Of a DNA stretch of 64,000 bases, positions 42,855 to 53,463 are shown piece by piece. The position numbers and the translations under genes were made by a program. Source of the stretch: Candidatus Omnitrophota bacterium (GTDB lineage: Bacteria > Omnitrophota > Gorgyraeia > Zapsychrales > Fredricksoniimonadaceae); contig JAGWKL010000004.1 in the NCBI GenBank assembly GCA_028865345.1, positions 8,457 through 72,456 on the forward strand, given 5' to 3'. The first letter of the stretch is position 1. Each line of letters begins with the position of its first letter. The notes beneath the pieces were generated by a model, which was not told the origin of the DNA, searched no databases, and saw nothing but the letters and a program-made list of their open reading frames with translations.

Positions 42855-44187
42855 TGGTCACAAGCCTCGTGAGCCGTTGTAATAAAGAACCCTCCGGGCT
42901 GTCCTGCCCCAAAGATAAATCCGAAACGATCACCCGGTCAATGGCGTATTTGACCCGATGTCCGTCCACATTCTTTTTGTACCCGGTCGTATCGTGAATG
43001 ACATAGGGCTTACCATCGACCATGCCCAAATAGAGCATGATATGCCCTTTCATGGCCAATAGGGTGTTGGCCGCGGGCACCGCGGCCAGGGCCTCAATTT
43101 TGGCATCATCGCTTTTGTCATCAAGATCGACGATGGAGCTTCCAACCTGCATCTGGTCCTTGGAATCGCGCGGCAACATGATCCCGACGGTGGCAAAAAC
43201 CATCTGTAAAAACCTGGAACAGTCCTGCTCGCCGTACATGTCTCCCCAGCCGTAAGGCTGGCCCAGCATCATCAGGGCCTGTTTGTAAATATTGCGGGCG
43301 GTGAAAGGCAAAAATCCGGGACTGACGTCTTCCGCGTTCATATACGCCTGTTTGATGACCAAAGCCCCGTCGGCACCAGCGACCGGCACATTGACCGTCA
43401 CGCGTCCGGCGTCGATGCCGGACAAGGGCAGCCGCGCGCCCATGCGCACGTAATCATAAAAATCGGTCATGGAGCTGTTGAGAAAAATATCGGCCTTAGG
43501 CCTGATCACCACCGCAAAGTCTCCGTCCCTGGCAAACTCCCGGACCTGATTGGTGTCTCCCAATGCGATGTCGGCGGCCTCAACCCACCCGTCGCTGATG
43601 TCCGTCAATACATAATACCAAAGCCCGTCGGCGGACGTATGGACCACGGCCACGGGCGTCCCCACATCCAAAGCGCTGTTTTGCAGCTGGTCAAAATCAT
43701 AGTCCCCTTTTTGGGCGTACAGCCCTTCCTTGGTCGGCAAAAAACGCTGGGAGGCGAAATGCACCACCAGGCCGTAACGGGGCGCCTGCCCCATGACCAC
43801 GCCGCTTAAATTCATGTTGCGGCGGGCCATGTCCATGAAACCCCGGTCGTTCCTGATGCCTTCGGCGGTGTAGTAGCCTTTGGAGGTGATCTCGGCCAGG
43901 GTCTTTTGAAGTTCAGCCAGCAGCGACTCGGTCTTGGAATCATCGACAAGGGCAAAAATGTCCTTGGTAAGCTTTTTGTCGTTGCTTATCCTCTCATTGA
44001 ATTGGTCAATTTGATCAGGGCTCATGATCACGGCATCCGGGGAAGGATGGCGGCTGATCCAGAAACCGGGGGCTTTCATGAGCCGGGTGGTGTGGCCTAT
44101 CAACGAAGGCGCTTCATAATTCAGCCGCTGTTGGGCGGATACAGGAAGGGCCAGAAGCAATAAAGCAAGGGTAAGAAGAAATTTCAT
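42847..44187 (-). CDS. NlpC/P60 (C40) cell-wall peptidase with N-terminal SH3-like domains (YkfC-like gamma-D-Glu-diamino-acid endopeptidase)
   Basis: Signal peptide. C-terminal GQPYGWGDMYGEQDCSRFLQMVF carries the catalytic Cys, with downstream His. It pairs with the adjacent epimerase. Confidence 0.75.
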   Translation of the reverse strand: MKFLLTLALLLLALPVSAQQRLNYEAPSLIGHTTRLMKAPGFWISRHPSPDAVIMSPDQIDQFNERISNDKKLTKDIFALVDDSKTESLLAELQKTLAEITSKGYYTAEGIRNDRGFMDMARRNMNLSGVVMGQAPRYGLVVHFASQRFLPTKEGLYAQKGDYDFDQLQNSALDVGTPVAVVHTSADGLWYYVLTDISDGWVEAADIALGDTNQVREFARDGDFAVVIRPKADIFLNSSMTDFYDYVRMGARLPLSGIDAGRVTVNVPVAGADGALVIKQAYMNAEDVSPGFLPFTARNIYKQALMMLGQPYGWGDMYGEQDCSRFLQMVFATVGIMLPRDSKDQMQVGSSIVDLDDKSDDAKIEALAAVPAANTLLAMKGHIMLYLGMVDGKPYVIHDTTGYKKNVDGHRVKYAIDRVIVSDLSLGQDSPEGSLLQRLTRLVTIE

Positions 44188-44210
44188 AAAGTGGTCTATT
44201 TTACCACAAA

Positions 44211-44245
44211 AGGGGACACTTTAAAGCGTCCCCTTTTCTTATTTT
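44211..44245 (-). terminator. Terminator-like hairpin downstream of the OsmC gene (bidirectional character)
   Basis: GGGGACAC-TTTAAA-GCGTCCCC. On the plus strand it is followed by TTTTCTTATTTTTT. On the minus strand it is followed by TTTTGTGG. Confidence 0.4.
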
Positions 44246-44653
44246 TTATGCATAGATGAATTGGACCGGCGTCTGCACGTCCGGGTGCAGGCTTTTATGC
44301 ACCGGGCAGCTGTGGGCCGCGGCCTCAAGCATGGCGCGCTTCTCCGGCGGGATACCGGCAGCCATTTGAAAAACGAGGCTGATCGTGCCGATGCGCCGCA
44401 TCGGTTGCGTCACCATCTCCTTGCTGACTTGGACCTCTGTCCCTTTAAGCTCGATGTTATGCCGGGCCGCCACAATGCCCATGACGGTCAGCATGCAGGA
44501 ACCCAATGCCGCGGCCACCAAGTCCGTCGGCGAGAAAGCTTCCCCCTTGCCCATATTATCCTTGGGCGCGTCCGTATGGATCACATCACCTGAAGGCCCG
44601 TGGGTCAATGCGCAGCGCAATTGGCCTTCGTAAACCATATTCATTTTAACCAT
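44246..44653 (-). CDS. OsmC/Ohr-family peroxiredoxin-like protein
   Basis: About 135 aa with the two conserved Cys (ALGSCML...AAHSCPVHKSL). Confidence 0.7.
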   Translation of the reverse strand: MVKMNMVYEGQLRCALTHGPSGDVIHTDAPKDNMGKGEAFSPTDLVAAALGSCMLTVMGIVAARHNIELKGTEVQVSKEMVTQPMRRIGTISLVFQMAAGIPPEKRAMLEAAAHSCPVHKSLHPDVQTPVQFIYA

Positions 44654-44670
44654 AATGATTTTTCCCTCCT

Positions 44671-45936
44671 TTATTGGACCGTCTCCACAATGATCCCCTT
44701 TTGAATGTACAAAGGCCTGACAAAGCTCCTGATTTTAGGCAAATACCCGGCGAACACCACCGCCGCTATAATAGACAAAATACCGCCGTACAGCAGGGTG
44801 CTGCTTGCCCCTATCTTTGCGGCCAGGATCCCTGAAAACAGGCTGCCGAAAGGGGCCAGGCCCATAAAAGCCATGGTGTAAAAACTCATCACCCGCCCGC
44901 GTTTGTCCTCCTCGACCATGGTCTGAAGCATGATATTGCTGGAAGCCATCTGCACCATCATACCGAAACCTGAGACTAAAAGCACCGCGGAGCCGATCAT
45001 CAACACGGGTGTGCGGGAAAAATCGAGCACGCCGACACCGAAGAGCGTCGCTGCTACGGTAATGATCCGGCTCAAACCCAGCACATGGCGCCGGCTTGCC
45101 AGATAAATGGCGCCGATGAGCGCTCCCATGCCGGAGGCGGCCATCAATAACCCCAGGGCCCTGGCACCCCCGTGAAAAATGTCCCGCGCGAATACGGGCA
45201 TCAAGGCCGTCAGGCCTCCGGCCACCATGCTGACCACCGATAAAAGCATCAATATGGCGCGGATCGGTATAAAATTAAACGCATACGCAAAACCTTCCTT
45301 GAGCTGGAGCATGACCGAGCCTTGGGCCAGGCCCGAACGTTCCCACGGAGGTAATTTCATCATCACCAAAGACAACAACACAGCGATATAGCTCAAGGCA
45401 TTGGCCAGAAAACATGTCCCTTCGCCGAAAGCGGCGATCAAAACACCTCCGACACATGGCCCTATGAGGCGGGCCGTATTGACCATGGAAGAATTGAGAG
45501 CTATGGCGTTGCTCAAATCTTCCTTGTCATCGAGCATGTCCACGGTAAAGGACTGGCGGACCGGGATATCAAAGGCGTTCACCGCCCCCAGGAACAAACT
45601 GAGAAGTATGATATGCCATACCGCGATGGTGTGCGTCCCAAAAAGGACATACAATACGGTGGCCTGCAGCATGGCCAGCGACTGGGTGATCAACAAAAGA
45701 CGGTGGCGATGGTGGCGGTCGGCGATAACCCCGGCCAAAGGGGCCAGCAGGAAGGTGGCGATCTGGCTTGAAAAACCGACCAACCCCAATAAAAACGGCG
45801 AATTGGTCATACGGTAGACCAGCCAGCTCACCGCGATCATCTGCATCCACGTGCCGATGAGCGATATGCTCTGCCCTCCGAAAAAAAGACGGTAATTTCG
45901 ATGGCGCAAGGCGCGAAAAACTGTTTTAATATCCAT
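44671..45936 (-). CDS. MFS transporter
   Basis: 12 transmembrane helices. Loop 2-3 motif GVIADRHHRHRLL. Confidence 0.75.
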   Translation of the reverse strand: MDIKTVFRALRHRNYRLFFGGQSISLIGTWMQMIAVSWLVYRMTNSPFLLGLVGFSSQIATFLLAPLAGVIADRHHRHRLLLITQSLAMLQATVLYVLFGTHTIAVWHIILLSLFLGAVNAFDIPVRQSFTVDMLDDKEDLSNAIALNSSMVNTARLIGPCVGGVLIAAFGEGTCFLANALSYIAVLLSLVMMKLPPWERSGLAQGSVMLQLKEGFAYAFNFIPIRAILMLLSVVSMVAGGLTALMPVFARDIFHGGARALGLLMAASGMGALIGAIYLASRRHVLGLSRIITVAATLFGVGVLDFSRTPVLMIGSAVLLVSGFGMMVQMASSNIMLQTMVEEDKRGRVMSFYTMAFMGLAPFGSLFSGILAAKIGASSTLLYGGILSIIAAVVFAGYLPKIRSFVRPLYIQKGIIVETVQ

Positions 45937-45965
45937 GGTTTTTTAATGTAGCACGTCCCCCAATT

Positions 45966-47228
45966 ATGCCAAGTAAAATCTTATCCAGTCATTTCACCAC
46001 TGCCCTCAAACACCGTGACATCCGCTTTTGGATAGGTTCCGTCGGTTTTTTTACCCTGGCCAGCCGCGCGCTGGCGGTGGTCATCGGCTTCCAGGTTTAT
46101 AAGATCACTCATAGCGCTCTGGCCCTCGGATGGCTGGGTTTGATCGAAGCGGTCCCTGCCCTTTCCCTGGTATTGATCGGCGGTTATGTCGCCGATCATT
46201 TTTCCCGGCATAAAATCCTCGTAACCACCAGGACCTGTTCGTGCCTCTGCGCTCTGGCCCTGGCCCTGCTTTCCAGGGAAAGCTATACGCATTCGCTGGC
46301 CGGTCTCTATACGGTCATTTTTCTGGCAGGCATTGCGCGCGGATTTTCCGACCCTGCCACCACCGCCTTTGAAGCCCAGGTCGTCCCCAAAACCATCACG
46401 GTGAACGCCTCGTCGTGGATTGGCAGCATTTGGGTGGCTTGTTCCATCATTGGTCCTGCCATCATCGGCTTTGTCTTTGCCGCCTGGGGCGCTTTCGGCT
46501 GCTATATGTTGATCACGGCCTTCTTTAGCCTGTCCTGGGCCTCGACGCTGGCCATCGGCCCCAAACCCCAGGCCATTCCCAAAGGAAAAGAGCCTTTTTT
46601 AAAAAGCGTTTCCATGGGCTGGCACTTCGTCTTGGGCCAGCAGCCGTTGTGGGGCGCCATGACCCTGGATTTGATCGCCGTTCTATTTGGGGGGGTGATC
46701 GCCCTGCTGCCCATTTACGCCACGGACATCCTGCACGCCGGGCCCCAGGGCCTGGGGCTTTTGAACGCCGCCACATCCGTGGGTGCCTTGAGCATGATGC
46801 TCTATGCCACCAAACATCCGCCCATCGCCCATGCCGGACGCAATTTGCTTTTCGCCGTCGCCGGTTTTGGCGTGAGCGTCCTGATTTTTGGATTTTCCAA
46901 AAATTTCATCTTATCGCTGGCGGCATTGGCGTTGAGCGGTGTTTTTGACGGGGTCAGCATGGTCATCCGCCGTTCCATGGTGAGGCTATTGTCGCCCGAC
47001 GACATGCGCGGCCGGATCTCGGCCGTCAGCTGGATATTTATCTGCTCTTCCAATGAACTGGGGGCTTTTGAAAGCGGGATGGTAGCGGCATGGATCGGGG
47101 CAATTCCTTGTGTGGCCGTCGGAGGCGTTGTTACCTTGGGGGTTGCGGCGGCCACGGCCTGCATGGCCCCGCAGCTTCGCCGGCTGCGTTTTGATCCGCA
47201 CACCCTGGAGAGGATCTACCGACCGTAA
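45966..47228 (+). CDS. MFS transporter (divergent paralogue)
   Basis: 12 transmembrane helices. GGYVADHFSRHKILV motif. Transcribed divergently from the neighbouring MFS gene. Confidence 0.75.
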   Translation: MPSKILSSHFTTALKHRDIRFWIGSVGFFTLASRALAVVIGFQVYKITHSALALGWLGLIEAVPALSLVLIGGYVADHFSRHKILVTTRTCSCLCALALALLSRESYTHSLAGLYTVIFLAGIARGFSDPATTAFEAQVVPKTITVNASSWIGSIWVACSIIGPAIIGFVFAAWGAFGCYMLITAFFSLSWASTLAIGPKPQAIPKGKEPFLKSVSMGWHFVLGQQPLWGAMTLDLIAVLFGGVIALLPIYATDILHAGPQGLGLLNAATSVGALSMMLYATKHPPIAHAGRNLLFAVAGFGVSVLIFGFSKNFILSLAALALSGVFDGVSMVIRRSMVRLLSPDDMRGRISAVSWIFICSSNELGAFESGMVAAWIGAIPCVAVGGVVTLGVAAATACMAPQLRRLRFDPHTLERIYRP

Positions 47229-47557
47229 TCTCCTGCGGAACCGCCCGCCTGTTTTTGGGTGTCCCCGCCGATAAAAACGCCATCGGTCCGAGACTTGGAA
47301 CTGTCCCCGGCAAAGGGACCATCAAGGGAACTTTTCACCTGCCGGCTGTAATCGCTGCCGGCAAAGAAATTATTTCCGGACGGTTCCTCGTTGAACCAGG
47401 CGAATGCTTTGTCTGTTTGCTGCTGCGTGTTGCCTCCCGTGAACGAATAGCTGTCTCCTACAAAATCTCCATCCGTCTGTTGCCGAACGTCATCAGCCAT
47501 CACTTTGTGACTTAAGACCCACGCCATCAGGGCTATCAACAACAAATATCTTTTCAT
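47216..47557 (-). CDS. Secreted repeat protein (degenerate DG-F-GD repeats)
   Basis: Signal peptide MKRYLLLIALMAWVLSHKVMA. Repeats DGDFVGDSYSF / NNFFAGSDYS / DGPFAGDSSKS / DGVFIGGDTQK. Confidence 0.45.
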   Translation of the reverse strand: MKRYLLLIALMAWVLSHKVMADDVRQQTDGDFVGDSYSFTGGNTQQQTDKAFAWFNEEPSGNNFFAGSDYSRQVKSSLDGPFAGDSSKSRTDGVFIGGDTQKQAGGSAGDYGR

Positions 47558-47563
47558 GAATTT

Positions 47564-48145
47564 TCAGCCTTTAAGTTTACCCAGCACTGCGGTGAGATTA
47601 CGCCCCAGGTTTTCGACGGCGGAGTGCTGTTGGGTGTCTTTGAGTTTCCCGTCGGGCCCAAAAGCTTCATGGGCTTTGGGCACCGCCACCTGATCGGGAA
47701 GGACGATCACACGGATATTGGAAAGGACCGAGCGCACCGTGACCAGACCGCGCAGCCCCCCCAAGGCTCCCGGAGAGGCGCTCATCAAACCCGCCACCTT
47801 CCCTGCGAAACAGGCAAGCGGCGGCTCCCCGGCCACGGGACGCGAGGCCCAATCAATGGTATTTTTCAAGACCCCGCTGATGCTGCTGTTGTATTCCGGC
47901 GCCGAGATCAACAGTCCGTCGTGTTCCAGCATTAATTTTCTGAACTTCCCGGCATTTTCCGGAAGACCCTGCCCGGCTTCCAAGTCCCCATCGTAAAGAG
48001 GCATCGGCAGATCGCGCAAATCCAGGACAGTCACCTGAGCACCGGCAGCGCGCGCGCCTTGAGCGGCGATCTTAACGAGTTGCTTGTTGAAAGAACCTTC
48101 CCTCGTGCTTCCCGCAAAGGCCAGAATTTTTGGTGAATATGCCAT
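47564..48145 (-). CDS. NAD(P)H-dependent FMN reductase (flavodoxin-like fold)
   Basis: KILAFAGSTREGSFNKQL FMN-binding loop. About 193 aa. Confidence 0.7.
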   Translation of the reverse strand: MAYSPKILAFAGSTREGSFNKQLVKIAAQGARAAGAQVTVLDLRDLPMPLYDGDLEAGQGLPENAGKFRKLMLEHDGLLISAPEYNSSISGVLKNTIDWASRPVAGEPPLACFAGKVAGLMSASPGALGGLRGLVTVRSVLSNIRVIVLPDQVAVPKAHEAFGPDGKLKDTQQHSAVENLGRNLTAVLGKLKG

Positions 48146-48238
48146 GCCGACCTCCTTTATATATTATGTCCGCTCTCCCCACCTGAGGAGATAAATTTAT
48201 TTTTTTTGTTTTGCAAAAAGCCCAGTCTCTTGACTTCG

Positions 48239-49930
48239 TCAGCCAAAGGTAAATGCGTAAACTTTTGTTCCCGCATCCGGAAATTCCAGGCGCAGGGTGT
48301 GGACTTCGACGCCGGGAAAACCGACTACCTTATACAGACGCTGGGTGTCCAAAATGATGTCCGCCGCCGGCTTGCCGTCCACAAATACCTTGATCCTGTC
48401 CCCTGCATGCACCGGGCCTGCCACCAGAAATACCTTGCCGGCTTTAACTTTAAATTCCAGAGCAGCGCCTGGACCTGCCTTGGCCCATTGGGGCTCAACG
48501 TCCCATGTCCCCTGATATGCGAAATGATTAAGCGGAATCTCCGCCGGCAAACTGTAAACGTAATCCCCCGCAACGATTTTTTCCGGCGACACAAAACGTT
48601 CCATGCGGCGACGGCCCAAATAAGTCTCCGGGGTGCGTTCAAACTGCGGCGTCCGGTCCTTGACCGAAACCAACGGCCCTTCAACGGGATGCCCGTTTTC
48701 TTTTAAAAGGACGCGTATCGCTTCTTGTGTGCGGTCATAATGGCCCTCACCGAAATGGACATACCGGATTTGTCCTTGGGCATCTATCAAATATTCGGCA
48801 GGCCAATATTCGTTCTGATAAGCTTGCCACGTCTTATAATCGTTGTCCTGGGCCACGGGATATGTAATGCCGAATTGTTTAATGGCGTTGGCCACATTTT
48901 GGGTCTTGTGTTCAAAAGCAAATTCAGGCGTATGCACCCCGACGATCACCAGCCCGTCGTTTTTATACCGTTTATACCAGGCGGTCAAGTGCGGCAGGGT
49001 GCGCACGCAATTGATGCAGCTATACGTCCAAAAGTCGATTAACACCACCTTGCCCCGCAAGGCCTGCATGGTCAGACGGGCCGGGACATTGAGCCAATGG
49101 CTGATGCCTGCAAAATCCGGGGCCAGCCCGTCTTCGGAGAGCAATTTCTTGTCGCTTTCACTGGCGGTCTTGCTGCGCCCGGCCAGAAGGCCGAGTTGCT
49201 TTTGCAGACGGCTGTCGTTTTCAAACCGGCCTAAGAACCTGCTGTAACCCGGAAAATGATTGAGGACACGGGCCTGAAGCACCTGGGCGTAATTGGTATA
49301 AATCAAGACGGCGGTGATGATCATCACCAGGCCGAAGGCCTGTTGAATTCGGCCGGTGTATTTATTGACCGCGCGCATCTTTTGAAACAGGCCGGCACTC
49401 AATGAAGAAAAAATAAACAGCGGGATCCCCAGCCCCAGGACATAGGCGAGGGTGACAGCCACCACCCTGGCATTGACGGCTTGCGTCGCCGACAAGGCGG
49501 CCACCGTCGCTAAAATAGGGCCTGCGCAGGGCGCCCATACCAGGCCTAATGAAAATCCCGTAACCAATCCCGCCGACAAACCGCTGCCTTCCTTTTTAAA
49601 GCGTGATTGCAGAGGCCCCAGGACATGGTTGACAAGGACTTCGAACCTTGCCCCCAATGGCGGCAAGAGCATGGAGAGGCCCAATAAAACGATAATGACA
49701 ACGGCCGCAAGCCGCAGGCTGTTGGGGTCGAAAGGAAAAATTTTGATGACATAAGAAATAAAGAGCGTGAAGATCGTAAAACTTGTCATCACGCCCAAGG
49801 TAAGCCCAAGCGCTCTTCGCCTTCCCCCACCGCTGGAGGCGGAAAAGACTATGGGCAAGAGCGGCCAAATGCAGGGCGCCAAGATCGTGATCAATCCGGC
49901 CAAAAAAGAAAATACTAAAAGCGTTGCCAT
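48239..49930 (-). CDS. DipZ-like thiol:disulfide interchange protein (CcdA/DsbD TM domain fused to TlpA-like thioredoxin domain and C-terminal beta domain)
   Basis: CcdA-type transmembrane core with paired Cys (TILAPCIWPLLP ... WAPCAGPIL). Redoxin CxxC in WTYSCINCVRTLPHL. Confidence 0.7.
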   Translation of the reverse strand: MATLLVFSFLAGLITILAPCIWPLLPIVFSASSGGGRRRALGLTLGVMTSFTIFTLFISYVIKIFPFDPNSLRLAAVVIIVLLGLSMLLPPLGARFEVLVNHVLGPLQSRFKKEGSGLSAGLVTGFSLGLVWAPCAGPILATVAALSATQAVNARVVAVTLAYVLGLGIPLFIFSSLSAGLFQKMRAVNKYTGRIQQAFGLVMIITAVLIYTNYAQVLQARVLNHFPGYSRFLGRFENDSRLQKQLGLLAGRSKTASESDKKLLSEDGLAPDFAGISHWLNVPARLTMQALRGKVVLIDFWTYSCINCVRTLPHLTAWYKRYKNDGLVIVGVHTPEFAFEHKTQNVANAIKQFGITYPVAQDNDYKTWQAYQNEYWPAEYLIDAQGQIRYVHFGEGHYDRTQEAIRVLLKENGHPVEGPLVSVKDRTPQFERTPETYLGRRRMERFVSPEKIVAGDYVYSLPAEIPLNHFAYQGTWDVEPQWAKAGPGAALEFKVKAGKVFLVAGPVHAGDRIKVFVDGKPAADIILDTQRLYKVVGFPGVEVHTLRLEFPDAGTKVYAFTFG

Positions 49931-50790
49931 TACCCTCCCGTGGCAAAACCCGGATATAAGGTCATGCCTCCGTCGGCAAAGATCGTCGTGCCTGTGACAT
50001 AATCGGCATAATCAGAGGCCAGCCATACCGCCACCCGGGCGATGTCTTCCGGCTCGCCCACCCGCTGATAAGGGATCAGGGTCAGGAGCTCTTTCTCCGC
50101 TTCGGGTGTTGCCCACGCGCTGTGGTTGATGGGCGTCTTGATGGCCCCGGGCCCGATGCTGTTGACCCGGATGCGGAAAGGGGCGACTTCCTGGGCGATA
50201 CTCTTCATCAAAAGCATGACCCCCCCTTTGGATGAAGCATAATTGACATGCCCGGCCCAGGGAATGACTTCATGCACGGAACTCATGCAAATGATTTTAC
50301 CTGCGGCACAGGACACCTCCGGCACCACCCCCCGCCTTTTGAATTCTTTGACCGCTTCACGGGCGCAAAGGAACTGGCCGGTCAAATTGACGCCGATGAC
50401 CGCCTCCCACTGCGCCAGGGTCATCTGATCAAGAGGCGCGTCCCGTTGTATGCCGGCGTTGTTGACCAAAATATCGATGGTGCCGAAGGCCTTCAACATG
50501 GTCTCATACATTGCTTTAACCTCATCCTCTTTGGAAACATCCGCTTTGATGCCGATGGCGTCGCTGCCGTGGGACTTGATTTCCTTGATCATCCGGTCGA
50601 CCGTGCCGTCATCGACAACATAATTGATGGCGACCGAGGCCCCGGCCTTGGCCAACCCTAACGCCACCGCCTTGCCGATACCGGAATTGGCACCGGTGAC
50701 AAGCGCCTTTTGGCCTTTGAGGATCTTTCCCGGTTCAACGCAGGGCATATGCGGTTTGGGGTAATGATTTTTGTAAATTTCACGGACCAT
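49930..50790 (-). CDS. Short-chain dehydrogenase/reductase (glucose 1-dehydrogenase-like)
   Basis: ALVTGANSGIGKA cofactor motif. Catalytic YASSK. AAGGAGG ribosome-binding site before the ATG at 50788-50790. The ORF-track N-terminal extension is discarded. Confidence 0.8.
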   Translation of the reverse strand: MVREIYKNHYPKPHMPCVEPGKILKGQKALVTGANSGIGKAVALGLAKAGASVAINYVVDDGTVDRMIKEIKSHGSDAIGIKADVSKEDEVKAMYETMLKAFGTIDILVNNAGIQRDAPLDQMTLAQWEAVIGVNLTGQFLCAREAVKEFKRRGVVPEVSCAAGKIICMSSVHEVIPWAGHVNYASSKGGVMLLMKSIAQEVAPFRIRVNSIGPGAIKTPINHSAWATPEAEKELLTLIPYQRVGEPEDIARVAVWLASDYADYVTGTTIFADGGMTLYPGFATGG

Positions 50791-50812
50791 AATGAGACCT
50801 CCTTGAAAGAGA

Positions 50813-53461
50813 TTATTCAAATCCTTTATACTCTGCCTGCTGCTGGATGAGTTTGGCCACCAGCGCCGTCCATCCGGCCTGGTGCGAGGCGCCCAATCCT
50901 GCGCCGTTATTCCCGTTAAAATATTCAAAAAACAAAAGATGGTCTTTCCAATAAGGGTCTTTCTGAAATTTCTCGACGCTACCGTACATCGGACGGCGGC
51001 CCTGGGCATCAGGAACAAAAATATTGACGAGCCGGCGAGAAAGGTCGGAGGCGACTTCCCAGAGGTTCAAGAATTTTCCCGACCTGGCCGGGAATTCCAC
51101 CTTGAAATCATCGCCGAAATAATAATGGAATTTTTGCAGGGACTCGATCAACAGATAATTGACCGGAAACCACACGGGCCCGCGCCAGTTGGAATTGCCT
51201 CCAAACAGGCCGCTGGTAGATTCCGCGGGTTCGTAATCAACGCTGTAGGTCTGGCCATTCCATGAAAATGTGTAGGGTTTCCCGTCATAGACGCGGGACA
51301 ACGAACGCACGCCGTAAGGGCTTAAAAATTCCGCTTCATCAAGGACCCTTTGCAAAATGCGTTTGAGCTTGTCGCGGTTCACGATCGATAAAAGCCTGCG
51401 TCCTGCCTGCCCCCGCATTTCCATACAGGAGACATTGGACGTCAGATCAAGACGGTTGCGCATAAACCATTCCACGCGCTCCTTGAAATTAGGCAAAGCA
51501 TCCAGCGCCTGAGAGTCGATCGTCTCCACGGCAAACAAAGGCAGGATACCCACCATGGAACGTACTTTTAAGGAGAAATGCCTGCCGTCGGGCAGGCGCA
51601 GGACATCGTAATAGAACCCGTCTGTCTCGTCCCACAAATTGATCTGGTCAGGGCCGATACGGTTCATGGCCGCGGCAATGTAGAGAAAATGCACATAGAA
51701 TTTGCTGGCGATATCTTCATAAGAAGGGTCTCCGGGTGCCAGCTCTAATGCGATGGCCAGCATATTCAGGCAATACATGGCCATCCAGCTGGTTGAGTCC
51801 GCCTGTTCCATATGGCCGCCGGTGGGTAAAGCGCTGCGGTTAAAAACACCGATATTATCAAAGCCCAGAAATCCGCCTTGAAAGATATTGTTGCCCTCGG
51901 CGTCTTCCCGGTTGATCCACCAGGTGAAATTCATCAAAAGTTTCTGGAAAACCCGCTCCAAAAACAATTTGTCGGCCACCCCATGCCTGCGTTTGATGAT
52001 GCGGTAAACCCTCAGTGCGGCCCAGGCCTGCACCGGAGGGTTGACATCGCCAAAATTCCATTCATAGGCTGGAAGCTGGCCGTTGGGGTGCATGTACCAT
52101 TCGCGGGTGAGCTTGAGCAATTGCCGTTTGGCAAATTCACCGTCGATCATACTCAACGGGATGGTATGGAAGGCCAGGTCCCAGGAAGCAAACCACGGGT
52201 ATTCCCAATTGTCCGGCATGGCGATCACGTCCCTGCTATAGAGGTGCTGCCAGCCGCTGTTACGCCCGTATTTGCGGCTTTCCGGAGGTTTGGGCTGGGC
52301 AGGGTCCCCGTCAAGCCATTCTTCGACGACATAATGATAAAATTGCTTATTCCATAACAGGGAAGCAAAAGCCCGGCGCTGGATGTCCCGCAGGTTATCG
52401 GAAAGTCCAAAAGGACAGGCCTGGCGGTAGAATTCATCCGCTTCTTTTTGACGAAGGCCGAAGACCTCGTCGAAGGCCTTGCCCAGCGCTTCCTTGATGG
52501 TGCCGGTATCGGCCAGGCGCAGGCGGATGCTCCGGGTTTCGCCCGCCGGTATTTTTAAAATATAATGGACGGACATTTTCGTCCCGGTTTGCGCAGGGTT
52601 GACCGTGTCCTTGCGGCCGGACACCACATATTCATTGATACCGTCTTTGACATAAGAGCCGGCGTTGGGCACGCCGAACACTTTCTGAGTGTCGGTGTCA
52701 TTGTCCGTAAAAAGCAGCTCTCCCCCGTCTTGGACATAGAGAAAATAATCGCCCAACTGGGGATGGGAAGCTTTAATGATGTTCGGCGGCATGACGGACA
52801 GGGAAGGCTTGGGGCTGTTGTCCCAGCTCCAGGTATTGCGGAACCACAGCGTCGGTAAAAGATGAAGGACCGCCTCCTGCCCGCCGCGGTTGACTGCTGT
52901 GATGCGCATCAAAAAGTCTTCCGGGGCATTTTTGGCATACTCGGTCGTGATATCGAAATAACGGTCATCGTCAAAAGCACCGGTGTCCAAAAGTTCGTAT
53001 TCCGGCGCCTGGCGGTTGCGCCTGGCATTTTCATCCAATAATCCCTGATAGGGAAAAGCCTTTTGCGGATATTTATACAGGTGCTTCATGTAGGAATGGG
53101 TGGGCGTATTATCGAGATAGAAATAATACTCCTTCACATCCTCACCGTGGTTACCTTGCTTGCCGCTCAGGCCGTAGAGCCGCTCTTTCAGGAACGGATC
53201 AGCGCCGTTCCAAAAGGCCGGGGCCAGGCACAGCAGCTGGTTATAATCGCAAATACCGGCGATACCGTCTTCACCCCACCGGTAAGCGCGCATGCGGGCA
53301 TGCTCAAAAGTAAAAGATTCCCAGGCGTCTCCGTCGGGACTGTAATCTTCGCGGACACTGCCCCATTGGCGCCCGGAAAGGTACGGCCCCCAATGATACC
53401 AAACGGTTTTTTGGGCGCGGTCGTCCTGCAAACGTTGTTCTTCTGCGGTCAATTCAGGCAT
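50813..53461 (-). CDS. Large (alpha/alpha)6-barrel glycoside hydrolase, GH63 / MGH-like family (tentative)
   Basis: 882 aa, cytoplasmic. N-terminus [22 protein letters not shown]. Central region [31 protein letters not shown], typical of GH63 / trehalase-like barrels. The family assignment is by memory only. Confidence 0.45.
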   Translation of the reverse strand: MPELTAEEQRLQDDRAQKTVWYHWGPYLSGRQWGSVREDYSPDGDAWESFTFEHARMRAYRWGEDGIAGICDYNQLLCLAPAFWNGADPFLKERLYGLSGKQGNHGEDVKEYYFYLDNTPTHSYMKHLYKYPQKAFPYQGLLDENARRNRQAPEYELLDTGAFDDDRYFDITTEYAKNAPEDFLMRITAVNRGGQEAVLHLLPTLWFRNTWSWDNSPKPSLSVMPPNIIKASHPQLGDYFLYVQDGGELLFTDNDTDTQKVFGVPNAGSYVKDGINEYVVSGRKDTVNPAQTGTKMSVHYILKIPAGETRSIRLRLADTGTIKEALGKAFDEVFGLRQKEADEFYRQACPFGLSDNLRDIQRRAFASLLWNKQFYHYVVEEWLDGDPAQPKPPESRKYGRNSGWQHLYSRDVIAMPDNWEYPWFASWDLAFHTIPLSMIDGEFAKRQLLKLTREWYMHPNGQLPAYEWNFGDVNPPVQAWAALRVYRIIKRRHGVADKLFLERVFQKLLMNFTWWINREDAEGNNIFQGGFLGFDNIGVFNRSALPTGGHMEQADSTSWMAMYCLNMLAIALELAPGDPSYEDIASKFYVHFLYIAAAMNRIGPDQINLWDETDGFYYDVLRLPDGRHFSLKVRSMVGILPLFAVETIDSQALDALPNFKERVEWFMRNRLDLTSNVSCMEMRGQAGRRLLSIVNRDKLKRILQRVLDEAEFLSPYGVRSLSRVYDGKPYTFSWNGQTYSVDYEPAESTSGLFGGNSNWRGPVWFPVNYLLIESLQKFHYYFGDDFKVEFPARSGKFLNLWEVASDLSRRLVNIFVPDAQGRRPMYGSVEKFQKDPYWKDHLLFFEYFNGNNGAGLGASHQAGWTALVAKLIQQQAEYKGFE

Positions 53462-53463
53462 AA

